64,000 bases of DNA from Trypanosoma brucei (lineage: Eukaryota). A program made the translations under genes and the position numbers. The stretch lies in contig CM000208.1 in the NCBI GenBank assembly GCA_000002445.1, positions 3,936,001 through 4,000,000 of the forward strand, given 5' to 3'. The notes beneath the pieces are model-generated. The model did not search any database and was not told the DNA's origin. It was given only the letters and a program-made list of their open reading frames with translations. Shown piece after piece: positions 35,939 through 48,100 of this stretch; positions within the stretch are counted from its first letter, which is position 1; each line of letters opens with the position of its first letter.

Positions 35939-37495
35939 ATGTGGATGCACCCGACTCAGTTCGGAGCGATGGCATTGCTCTTGCTATCGCTAGCAACAAA
36001 ACGCGCAACAGCAACCCTCGCGGACGGCGTCAACAGACGAGAGCATGCTTCCCTTTGTGTTTTTGTATCGATGGCGGGGTCAACAGTGGAGGTACCGGAA
36101 GTACCCCAACTAAAATCCGAAGACTATAAATTAATTCAGGCACTCAACCTCAGCACAGCACCTGATGACTGGCAAAATATGTTTTACAAAGACGCCTCGA
36201 AACAGAAAACTCATTTAACACCAGCAGAAGCTGGGAAGGCAACAGCGGGATATGCCGACTACTGGGGGGACTGGCTGGAAGCCGCCAAAGAGGTCGCTGC
36301 AAAGCCTTTGCAAGGGAAACTGGCAACCCTGAAAGCGGCCGAGCTAACCGGCGTGCAGAAGCAGCTAGCGTCGATAAAAATGCAGCAAATCGCAGCACGC
36401 GCACTGGCACTCAAAACGGCATTCCCAAAACTCTCGAGCAGCGCGGCAGCTCTAACTTCGGAAAACGCACTAAACAAGATAAAAAAAGCAACTTTCGGGG
36501 GCGACAAACTAACAGCCAAAACGGCAACGCGCGCCGCAGCTTTCGGAGGGGACACGGGGTCAACGCCAAGGGCGACGGTGTGCGAAGCGGCGGAAGGCGA
36601 AAAAAAGGCGGCCACGGCGACGGCAGCGCTAGTATGCTTATGCTTAAAGAACACAGGCGGAGCAGACAACGGCCCAACAAACGGTGCTTGCACACCAAAA
36701 GGGACAGGAACCGAAGGATGGCAGTCAACAGCGAACAAGGCGCCGGACAGAGACATCAAAAACATGACGCAGACATGCCCATTACCAAGCACAGCCCCGG
36801 TACGAAGCAGCGACCTGAAAGCAGCGGTAGCAGCTCTAAACGGCCTCATACACTCCGACAACACCGACGGTTATCTAGGCGCACGACTAACCGGCGCCTG
36901 CAACGGCAGCTCAGGGAACGGCATAGGTGTCAAGTTCACCGGCTACAACGCAGCTGGCAGCACAGCATTCAGCAAGCTACCATGGGTAGGTGACCTACAG
37001 CAGCTAGCAAATGACCTGGAAGAAAGAGAAACCAAAAAAGCACTGGCCGACCACCTGAATTCTCTAATAAATCTCGAGGCAACGGCGGCAGAAGAGGCAA
37101 TAAAGTTGAGCGGCGCCGAAGCAAAGCTGAATGGACCGCTGCCGGCAGGGCTGCCCACCAAAGTGCCACCCATAACTACAGTAACATGCGAGGTGCACAA
37201 TAAGTCCAAAACAAAGTGCTTAGAAGCGCAGTGCAAATGGGGAGGCAAAAAGGATGATGACGGCCCATGCCAAGCTAGCGACAAACAAGTTTCAGAGCAG
37301 ACAAAGCAAGATGGAAGAGATACAACAACAGGTGGAGATGCCAAGAAAGAGGAGAAATGCGCAGAGAAAGAGTAAAAAGACTGCAAATCTCCGGATTGCA
37401 AATGGGAAGGAACAGAATGCAAAGATTTCAGTCTTCTTGTAAATAACAAAATTTCTATTATTGTTTCTGTTTCTGTGAGTTTGGTAGCATTTTAG
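35939..37495 (+). pseudogene. VSG (A-type), intact except for one in-frame TAA (37373-37375) before the last ~39 codons and GPI signal
   Basis: 478-aa ORF with a signal peptide (MALLLLSLATKRATA), ALVCLCLKNTGG, NGIGVKFTGYNAAGSTAFSKLPW and CEVHNKSKTKCLEAQCKWGGKKDDDGPC. It continues in the same frame after the stop: KDCKSPDCKWEGTECKDFSLLVNNKISIIVSVSVSLVAF*. Confidence 0.8.
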
Positions 37496-37689
37496 CATAT
37501 TGAGGATATTTGCTCAATTTTATGAAAACTTTCTATTTTAAGATAATTTGATATGTTTTAATACTTCTTAGTGAAAATGTACAAATTATTTAAAATCTGA
37601 ACTTTGGTGTGAAACTGCCTTATGGGTAATAATTGAAGTTTAATATGATATGAAAATTTTATTTTTTGCTTATTTTACTTTTTTGTTAA

Positions 37690-37772
37690 TTTTATGGATA
37701 ATTGTTAGATTAATAATAATAATAATGGAAGAGTGTTGTCAGTACCTATATACTAATATTATAAAATGAGCA
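37690..37772 (+). repeat. 70-bp repeat (single unit, degenerate)
   Basis: TTAATAATAATAATAATGGAAGAGTGTTGTCAGTACCTATATACTAATATTATAAAATGAGC. Confidence 0.65.
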
Positions 37773-39327
37773 ATGTAGCAGAGTGATTAGAGAGCAAAAA
37801 TTAAAGAACTTTAAACAATAACAAGTGTGTTTAACAAGAGTAAGTGTAGGTAGATTACTATGATAGATTGAGATTAAAAGAAATATTATGAAAAGAAGAA
37901 GAGAAAGTTAGAGGGGTATGTGGAAGATGTGCAACTTCAAACACAAAACATTACGCCGGGTATCATTATACACAAAGAGATGACGAAGTGGGTAATGAGA
38001 GAGATACAAAGTCCAGTGTGTAGAGGAGACAAAATCAATATACCACGAAAAAACGGTTATAGAGAGTGGAATGTGAAAAGGTGCGGCACGGCTTATATGC
38101 TCGAAATAACTCAACGAGTAATGTATAATTTAAATACAAGGCGCTATAATGAATGTAAATCAATCTGTAACAAATAATTAAAGTGATAAAGGCCATGAAA
38201 CTCATATAAAAGTACTTTTTGTGGTTCAAATTATCGAAGTAAGAAAGTATATCTAATCCAAACATCTGATGTTTGCACAACATTATGTGACAAAACCGCT
38301 CAATAGTAGTAAATTTAGAACTTTTAGCATCAAGCGAAAAAACAACTTAAAATAATAAAGAAATATAACCTCTATTGCACCACAATGTATATAAAATGGT
38401 GATATTTACTGGTATTAATAGGCCGAGTTTCATTTTCAGAGCTACTATATAAAAAAAGAAAATCATGTTTTATAGTCTTAAATATACAAAAGTGTTACAA
38501 GCAATCGTAAATGTATGATTTGGTGGATTTAAAACAAGCTAACTATACAACACTGGTGGATCCAATCTAGAAGTCAGAGCCCACCAAGCTCCAGATATTT
38601 CTCATAAGCATTCAATTCCATTAGAGGCTTTTGTATCTTTAAGTGACAAAGAATTCGGTAGGAGTGCAACTGTGTGGAGGCAAAAACATCGTTTGGATTG
38701 AAATCTAAAGGTGAAAAGTACACGAAAATAAAGCCAAAATTGGGAAAACAAACTACCTAAGGAAATAAAGTGGACTCCAGCTTATCGGTAGAGACTTTTT
38801 CACCAATAGAATCGCCATTAATTCATGAGCTTTTAAGAAAGCACAGAGAAGAAACTAGAAAGCAGAAAAGAGAATTTCACAACGACAGGAAAGCAGAAAC
38901 GGAAGCGTGTTTCATGTGAAAATGAGTTTACCTATACTGAAGTTTGCACTGTGCATTGCTTATCGTGCACTAGCGGTGTGCAAAATAATACCAGAAGTGG
39001 AAACATACGCATATACAGAAGCCGAATCAAAGATCTTGCGTACATTCGAAAGTAAGAATTAGCAGCGAACGGTACGAAAATAGTAAGGTAGCACAGCCAG
39101 CAATAATAGGAGCATTTTTTTGTTGAATTTTGCAGTGGCAGAAATGTAAAAAAATGCCATAACTGACTAGTAGGATTTGTTCTTAGGTGTGAAACAAGAC
39201 GTGCAAATCCGAAAAAAGCAGAATTCCAAAAATCGTTAACAACCGCTTTCCATCTTCTTACCACACCCTTAACAAACACAACCCACAACAGGGCGACAAA
39301 ACAGACAGAGAAGATAAACAAAACTAT

Positions 39328-40850
39328 ATGAATTATTTTTGTATAGGTGTTCTGATTGCTGTTGCTACAGCAGCAGTCAGGGCCGGAAATGTCCACAACG
39401 GCCAAAAAACCGAAGTTTTCGGAGCCTTATGCGAGCTAGCGCGCTTGTTACAAAACGCACCAGATGTTCCAGAGGCGCTCACAACCAAAACAGGAGACTA
39501 CAAGGAGATAATCAAGCGTAACATGAGCGTCGCAGACAGCTCATGGAAACAGTTATTCGCCGACAGCAAAACACCAGATCAATGGGCGACAGAAAGGCCA
39601 AAAAAAGGCGCAGCATAGGCAGACTGGGACAAAATGTGGGATGACTGGAGCGAAGCCATTAGGAGCCTCGAGGATACTCCTGGGAATACAAAAGCCACAG
39701 AAAAGCACTACTCTCAGCTATCACCCGCCCAACTTCAGCTCGCCAAGGCAGAACTGGCCCTGATATCCAACACAGCAGTCGAGTTAGCCACACTGGCACA
39801 GGCACAGGAACCATCGAGCAGACTGATAAAATCAACAGATATCGCAACGGAGATGAAAAAACTCTTTGTCGGAGACAAATCAGCGACGGTAACGGGCGCA
39901 ACGCGGGATCAGGTGTTCGGAGCCGGATCAGCTTCCATCAACTCACGAGAATCTGCCTGCACAACGACGCCGAACGGCAAAATTCAAACATTGCTGGCGG
40001 TAATGAGCTGTATATGCCAGGGAGAGCAAAGTGGCCAAATTGAAGACATTTGTTTCAATGGACAAACAGCCGCCAATGTTTGGGAAGACAATGGCGCGCC
40101 AAAAAACAACGCCGCAAAGGAAATAGCACAAAAATGCACCGCAGACGATCACAAACAGAAAACTACATACCGCACGATACGTCGAACACTAAACAACATC
40201 AACCGGCTCGTAACCACCAAATCCGGAAACACGTACCTCGGAGCATTCGAAACCAGCAGCGATGGTCAACAAGCCAACGGCAGATGCATAAAATGGCCGA
40301 ACCTCAAAACCCACGCCGTAGTAAAGGACGCCAGCACGCCGTGGATCAGCAGTGTTGCAGCGCTAGGAAGAGCATTACGCGGCAGAATCAAACACAATGA
40401 CAACATCAAATCAAAACAGGTAGCCCCCAAGAGACTAGCTGACCAATCCGCAGCATTGGAAAACGAGATAAATGTGGCGAGCAAACATCAGCGCTAACAA
40501 AGCAGCATACAACTCAAAGTGGCACATCAGGAAGCGTCTGCCTAGAGCACCGCAGCAACAAAACCCGTGGTGAAGCAGGCTGCAAATGGCATTAAGGGGC
40601 CGACAACAAGGATAAATGCTAACCAGATGAAAGTAAAGTAAAGACTTATACAAGTGCAGAAACAGGAGAACAAGCAGGTGCAGGGAAAGCATCTACAACA
40701 GAGAAATGCAAAGGAAATTGGAACCGAATGCGCCAAGGCCCCTGAATGCAAATGGGAGAATAATTTTTGAAAGGACTGCAGTTTTTTTCGTAAAAATAAG
40801 AAATTTTCTCTTTTTTCTGCAGCTTTTGTGAGTATGGTAGCATTTTAAGG
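39328..40850 (+). pseudogene. VSG pseudogene (in-frame TAG at 39616-39618; degenerate C-terminus with stops)
   Basis: Signal peptide MNYFCIGVLIAVATAA, then FGALCELARLLQ and NMSVADSSWKQLF. The same-frame continuation at 39634-40497 has MSCICQGE and GRCIKWPNLKTHAVVKDASTPWISS. The C-domain remnants EAGCKWH.. carry stops. Confidence 0.8.
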
Positions 40851-40912
40851 ATTATAAGGATTTTTGCTTATTTTCATGAAAATTTTAAAAATTTTCATTT
40901 TTGAGAGAATTT

Positions 40913-40928
40913 TACATATTTTAACACC
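40913..40928 (+). promoter_or_regulatory. VSG 3'UTR 16-mer variant (TTACATATTTTAACAC)
   Basis: 2 mismatches to the consensus. Confidence 0.6.
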
Positions 40929-41089
40929 TTTTGATAAAAATGTATAAATTTTTAAGAAACAAAAAATAATAATATATATATATATTTAGAATCTAAGTAA
41001 AATGTGTATGATATGATATGAGTATAAAGTAATATTGTGATAGGGTATTACAATTGGGTGGTATTCTAATTTTGTTTATTTTGTTTATT

Positions 41090-41173
41090 ATATGGATATT
41101 AAGAGAGATGTGGAGTAGTTTATGATAATGATACGAGAGGGTTGTGAGTATGTGTATACTAATACAATAAGAG
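41090..41173 (+). repeat. 70-bp repeat (single unit, degenerate)
   Basis: GATAATGATACGAGAGGGTTGTGAGTATGTGTATACTAATACAATAAGAG. Confidence 0.6.
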
Positions 41174-42643
41174 TTATTTGATGCCTAACTAGACTGCCAA
41201 AATAAAAGCACTTAATAGTAGAAAAGGAAAAAAGAGTGAGTTAGTGAGTATGAAAGAGTCAGATGAAATATGTGAAGTTTATACACAAGCGTTAAGATTG
41301 GAATAATCATACAGGATATGATGGAGGCGGACATCAGTTGGAACAGAGTTCCGTTTAGAGCCAAAATCTATTCGTTCGAACTAACACAAGGAAGAAACAA
41401 ATGGAGAAGACGGCCATGTGCATAATTTCTATTGTGCTGCCACAAAATCTTCGTTAGATGCATTATATCAATGGAAGGCATTGCCGTAGACAAACAAGAA
41501 CCCAAAACGGAAACCTCAGCTGATATATGGGTGCAAGTGGTCTAAAAGTGTGTCTCTCAGAAGAATCAAAAAAGTTAAAAGGAGAAGCGTGTAAAATAGA
41601 AACTGATGTGTCCATACAACCTCGAAAACAGTCACAAAATTAGCATCAAATTTACAAGTAGTAGTAACAAGCGGAAGAATAACCAAAACATCAAAAAAAC
41701 AATCATCAATGAAATAGCTATGCATCACAAGATGGTGTAGAAGCAGCGACTCTCAGTGGAACATTAAATCAGGCAAATACACAAAAGCAATAGGTGTAAA
41801 AGTTGTCGTTTTTTAGAGTGTATCTACGCAAAGGTGTGAAAAATACACATTAAATTGTAAAATTAGTAAAAAAAATAAATAAGTTGGCTTATTAGACTGT
41901 GGCAGCAAATACATCACGTACCAAAAATCACCCTAGGATACACAATTCTAGTGAATATTTAGTTCCAATTTGAAGATTTTCATTTTACAAAATTTTTTTA
42001 AAAAACAAGACCTGAAAGCAGCTAAATGGCGACGCTAACACATAGAGTGTGGAAATCAAAGCAAATGAGCCGTGCTTTAAAAATTGAAGCATTTTCTCCG
42101 TACTCGGACAAAGCACCGGAAAGATAGCAACCATGGAGATTGCAGAACACAGAAACTTTAGCACCTAGTGAAACAAGCACTTCGACGCAAACAATCGGAG
42201 AAAACCAACAACGGCAGAACAAACCTAACCGGTGCATCGGCAAATTTACTGATATTTGGCTGTTGCCCACTCAGAAGCTAGTATCAGACTTTACGTATGA
42301 TGAGCAAACTAATCATGGTCATTGATTGGTTTGCTAACAACTCAACAAAACTCGATGCAAAACACAACAACCACAGGTGCGAAGATAAAAAACTAGAGGT
42401 GTACAAGACAGTGACTATTCAATAGTTAAAACCACTTAAAAATTTAAAAAATACCAAAAATAATAATTTTATTATTTTTGTTTCAAAAGGGTACACACCT
42501 TCAGCGGAAACGAAAGCGAAGCCATAGCCGCTATAAAAGCCGCGACATCACAAAACCCAACCGTTACTGATCTCTATTTCCGTCTGTCCTACTTCAGGTT
42601 CAACAAAAGGCAACGCCGACTCCAGTAACCCCAGTAGCAGGGG

Positions 42644-43740
42644 ATGCCGATAACTCATGCCGTCTTTGCAATGGCCGCCGCCATAATAACGGGCAATCAA
42701 GGAGCAGAACCTGTCATTGGTACAGGCGCCAACCGGCGGGAGTTCGGTGCCATGTGCACTGTGCTACGGTGGACCTCAACGACATTCACTACCGAAGCAG
42801 CTGACTTGGACGACGACGGGATTTACAACAGCATAACTGAGATAAACTTGACCCTCGCGGAGCCATCGTGGAGCGCAACATTCCTTCAAGAAGGACAGAC
42901 AGACAAATGGCAGTTAACGCTACTACCTAAGCACGCATAAAATGCCGCTTTAAAAAAATGTGGGAACGCTGGGCACCAGCAGTCCAGAGAGTGGGGAAAG
43001 AAGCTGGCATACCACACAAGCTAAAAACGCTCAAAGCGGATGACTTCAAAGCCGACGAACTGCAAGCACGCAGGCGAACAGTAGGAAAAATAACAAGGAG
43101 GGCCACAACCTTGCACGAAAAACTAGGGGTTCAAAACAGAAAAGAAAGGAAGGTAACTCCGGATAAAATAAAGAACGGAATGTCCACGGCCTTTATAGGA
43201 AAAAAAGAGGGGAGGTTATGGGTGGACCTTGTAGAAGCCGAGGTGATCCTCACTGGAGGGAACACAAATGCCAACAGGGTCACCGGCTGCAAAAACACCA
43301 ACGTAGCCAATAACACAGGGAAAAATCTAGTGGCCGTAGCTCTTTGTGTATGTGCCAACAGGACAACGGGAAGTGCTGTGCAAGACACATGCTGGTCCGA
43401 AACGGCGGCGACTGTGGCATATCCGACAAGTGCGGGGAAAGTTCCAACGAAGATACAAGATCTAATCAAAATGTGTGGCGCCCAGAAACTAACAAAGCTG
43501 ACAGCAGCGGCCGTAGAGCAAGCACTAACCACAATAGCGTCGTCAGTTACAATCACGGCGACAGGCGCGTACATTGGAAAATTCCTTGCAACAGGTTGTA
43601 AAGGGGCACAAGACAGTAGTGTATGCTTCTGGTATAGCACGCTGAAACAACGACAAAAACAGATTTGAACGTAATACCGTGGTACAAAGAGCTTGCAGAC
43701 CTCGCCTCTGAACTCGCTTCAGATTAAGCTCTAGACTCAG
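42644..43740 (+). pseudogene. VSG fragment 1: complete N-terminal domain only (frameshifted), part of a compound VSG pseudogene
   Basis: Signal peptide + EFGAMCTVLRW and INLTLAEPSW. The second frame has VAVALCVCANRTT and ...VCFWYSTLKQRQKQI*NVIPWYKELADL (end of N-domain). No C-terminal domain follows. Confidence 0.7.
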
Positions 43741-43799
43741 CATATGACCCAATAGTAGCGGAATCAGCAGCGTTGAAGATCGAAGCACGAGTGAGTTCG

Positions 43800-45060
43800 A
43801 AGCAGTGAATTGCCATCAGAGACAACAAAAACCCTAGTAGCAGCAAAAAATAATGCAGCTATTGCAACAGCGGCAGCATCGACCAACCGGCAAACCTCAA
43901 CACAGACTGGAAAGAAAAATGATCGACGTGGACGGCTGCAGCTATGGTTGCCAACATCAAAGGGGCGGCAGACAAAATAAAGAAATATCACGTACTATAC
44001 GCAGCCGACGCGAGCCAACTACGAGAAACTAGTGTCGACGTCAGCCAAATGGCAGATGCAGCATTCGACGTCTACTCAGCGGCGGCAAACAAAGAAGAGA
44101 TCAAAACAGAAGAAGCCATGATAAAAGAGCTGAGAGAAGCACTAACAGGCAACGAACCCGTTGACAGCGCAAAGGCACTCACAAGCATGGCACAAACATA
44201 CGACGCTGCGTGTAACAGCGGAGCAACAGCAGCAGCGAAAACAACACTCGGTACTCTTTTCTGCTTCTGTGTAGTACCACACCTAAAAACCAAAAAAAAC
44301 ATGTATCGGGTGGTGCACCCATCTAACCTGGTCGGCCAGCAATGAACCACAGGTGGCCACTTACAACATACTACGAAAAATGCGCCTGCAAAGAACCACC
44401 AATACTATCACGAATCACAAACTCACGGCGGCGGTGGAGAACATCGAAAACAAGCTGACAGCCACTTCGACGACCGCCATGCTAGGCGAAGCGACGGCCA
44501 CATGTGACGCATCAAATACCGGTGCGTGCATAAAGTACCAAAACGCAGCGACCGGGGACGTTGTGGAATTTAACAAAATACCCTAGTTGGTAAAAATAAA
44601 AACGATAGCGCAGTGGCTACAACAAAGAGAGCAACGAAACGCAGCTAACAAGCTAGCAACGGAAGAACTCGAACGGCTAAAGAGACTAGTGTCTAAGATA
44701 GCAACTCACGCAAACAGACGGCCCAGCCCAGCCTATTCACATGCCCCAGCTAGCACAACAAACACAGCTAACCCCAAGCCGCAGCAAGAAAAATACTGCC
44801 CAACGATAACAAACCCGGATGAATGTAAACCAGACGCGGGATGCAAAAATAACTCTACAACTAACAAATGCGAAAAAAATCCAAAAAAATCGGTTGTGCA
44901 AGCAACCCAAGCAACAGAAGGGCCATCAACCGCAAGTGGGTGTGCAAAACACGGAACCGATAAAACCGCTTGTGAAAATGACAAAAATGTAAATTGGAAG
45001 GAAAAATGCAAAGATTCCGGTTTTTGTATATAAGAAATTGGTTAGGATGGCTGTTTCTTT
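43800..45060 (+). pseudogene. VSG fragment 2: 5'-truncated VSG (mid N-domain through C-domain and degenerate GPI signal)
   Basis: ORF 43944-44345 has ELREALTGNEPVD and LFCFCVV. ORF 44353-44586 has GACIKYQNAATGDVVEFNKIP(W). ORF 44587-45033 has the C-domain CPTITNPDECKPDAGCKNNSTTNKCEKN...CENDKNVNWKEKCKDSGF. This is a second IPW-containing N-domain end within 2.4 kb, so two genes are juxtaposed. Confidence 0.7.
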
Positions 45061-45149
45061 TGTAAGCTTGCTGTTTTACATTTTCTATAAATTCATGGTT
45101 TTTTAAGGATTCTTCCTTAATTTTTAAAATTAAGGGAATTTCACTGGTG

Positions 45150-48100
45150 ACGCCGAACACCTAATCATGGTGCCAGGGTCTATTACTACGTCCAAGAGTA
45201 AGCCAAATACAAGCATTATACACGATCCAACAGAATTGGAGCGGGAAACAGGTTTTCTGCTACCAGAAAAGGAGCAAGCAGAAGCATCAAACTCTGGGGT
45301 GAAGAAATATATTATACTGCTCCTCTGCGTGTGCAAGCGTGCTTTGCTACATGTGAAGCGAAACATGCTGCTTATTAACTGGACGTTGAGAAGAATACTC
45401 TTCCCATGATTCAAGGAGTCAAGTGGAACACTGGGGTGTAACCTCAAGTAAAACGACTTGCCTTGGAGAGGCGGCTTCAAGAGGATTATTTTGTCTTCTG
45501 CCTATTGCAGGATAGGAGCGTGGCCCCGGTGGAATCTACTGTGCTTAAAATAATGGATACCAGCATGTAGGTTTAGAAAAAACACCACATAGGGGTTGCG
45601 TTTTAATTTTAGTGAAAGATAGAGTGGGAGTAGAAGTGTGTCAGTTGGCAAACGAGTCCCAGAAATAGTGACAGCAATGCTACAATTTTTGGCTGATGTG
45701 AATTTTACAGTCACTTAAGTTTATTTTCCTAGAAAATCGATGGTTTCAAAAACATAGTTGGAACAATAAGCAGTAAAAAGCAGACCTCTGGTAGTAGGGG
45801 CAGATTTCAACTCACATCATGAGTTATGGAACCCAATGCAGAATAATAACAGCAAAGGGGAATGTATTGTGTATTTGTGTATCGAAAACGATACTAAGAT
45901 AGCAAACACAAGAAAAGAAACCCGTCGTCAGGCTGGAACGGCTGTATTGCCTTAAACAGACATCGCAATGAACAGACTGTGAGGTATTAAATTGGAAAAT
46001 TACACTGAGTCCTAAAAGCGACCATTTTTTGAATCACTTTTGATGTTCTGTTTGGTGATGGTACAGAGGCGATTGTATCTTCAAAACCTGCCAAGGCTTT
46101 ATACGTGTGGAATAAAGTGGGATGAAAAAACATCCGAAAAGTTATTGTTACGTTCTTTTCAACAAGACTAAAGAGAAAAATAAAGGATGCCGATGCACTA
46201 AATAAAGCCATCAGGAGAAGCATAAGACAAGCAGCCAAGAAAACCATAAGGAAGGTAAGGGTATAGAACCGCCTTTCTAGACGAAGGAATTGACAAAATA
46301 GGTAAGCAGACAATGAAGTGTCTGGACGAAAGCATGAGAGATGCACCGGGTATATGAAGAAGAAAAAAAGTGCTTGCAGACACGACCCTTTAGAGATGGA
46401 AGAAAAAGGTCTTCAAATTGAAAGTCACAAATCCTGTGAGCTGGAATATCGTTAAGTCCATTTACACTCCCCTTAGTTTTAGATTGCCAGTAATGGTAGT
46501 AGATGGACATCCATTTACTAAGTGCCAGCAGGCACACAAGCTTGCAACAATGTACATGGAGCGGTCAACAAAGACACTAGGAGCACCGAACATGCAAATT
46601 CCGATCGCCAGGAAAAGGACTTTCACACCAACTACAGAAGCCGAACTGGAAACTGCAGTAAAAGAGCTCTCCTCTGTAAATGCTTCGGAATACTACGAAA
46701 TTCATTGCGAAGAATTCAGACAGCGTGGAACGATTGGTCAAAGAGCTGTTGAGACTATTTAACTGCAGTGTGAAAAACAGTTAACTTCCGAAAAATGGAA
46801 ACCTTTTATAATTATTCCGCTGCTAAAGCATAATAAACTTGCGACAAAAATGGCATCATTCAAACCAGTGACACTACAACAAGCTGTAACAGAGAGATTA
46901 ACAGGAGAAAAAAGAAGCAGCAGTATTTATTTATCATGCTAGATTATTTGACTCTGTAGATCACCGATATAGAAACAAGGCACTACACGAATTCGGAATG
47001 AAGTTGCACCTGTTTGCCTGGATAGCGCGGCTTTTATAAATTAAGGACTGCACGAGTAAGAGTCGACAACACGAAGTCAGAAAAAATACAGCTAAAATGC
47101 GGCGTCCCCAACAGTTAGTGCTAGGCCTACTACTGTTTAATGTAGCAGTAGCCCATACTCGCTAAGTTCAATAATTAAAATGATTCCAGGATTGGCGTAT
47201 GGATTGTTTGCTGATTACCTCACAATAATGTGCTCATCCAAAATATTCGAGAGATCAGGAAAACAGTACAGATAGGACTTAATTGTACAGAAAAGTTGCC
47301 AGCGTTGCACTTCATGGAGATGCCAGTGATAAAGGGGAGTATACGCTATTTGTATCTAGGGACACAAACCGGATAAGACTAAAAGTTGGGGAAAGCTTTA
47401 AAGGAAAATAGAACTCCAAAGCAACTAGGATTGACAATACAGCCACATAACGGACGAAGTAAGCAAACATCCACACTTCCTACAAACAGCAGAAAACATG
47501 TGACTAATGAAGCTTATGGCAGTGGTCTCGCCAGAATGGAAACTAAGTAGGAAGACAATAAGAGCATTCTATTTATCTCTAGTTCAGTCGAACTTAGTTA
47601 TTGTATAGTGTCATGGTCGTTTAATGTATCGCCTTCGGAAAGGGAAAAGTTGAAAAAACAACATAAAATGCTGCTCACATTGTGGAAGTGATACCAAAAT
47701 CAGCAAACAGATTTAATGCTCTTTTAAATGTTAGTTTAAAGCCACTAAATAACGAATTAGCACATTGTAGAGCCATTGAATACTATCTGAGGGTTGAAAG
47801 TCAGGGGAGCAAAGTACGATAAAAAAGCGGCGAATAAAATGTTCCCACCAGAACATCCAATTCACATACAAAAGGAAAGTGTAATACATATATATGGCGA
47901 AACAGAAAAAACACGAAAACCACAAGATACAACTGTGCTTAAAATGGAAAAGTGAGTACATTTTAACATCAAGCCACCAGGGGCCTAAAAGATGACGCAT
48001 AAGACAAAGATAAGAAACTACAAACAATGAAGTAGGTAAAGTGTTTTAAAAACTATTACTATCAAGTATGGACAGATGAATAGGTAGTGTTAGATGTCTG

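Noticed and set aside
38932-39405. 157-aa minus-strand ORF
   Set aside because: It overlaps the start and upstream region of the plus-strand VSG at 39328 and has cysteine/phenylalanine-rich low-complexity composition. It is likely spurious.
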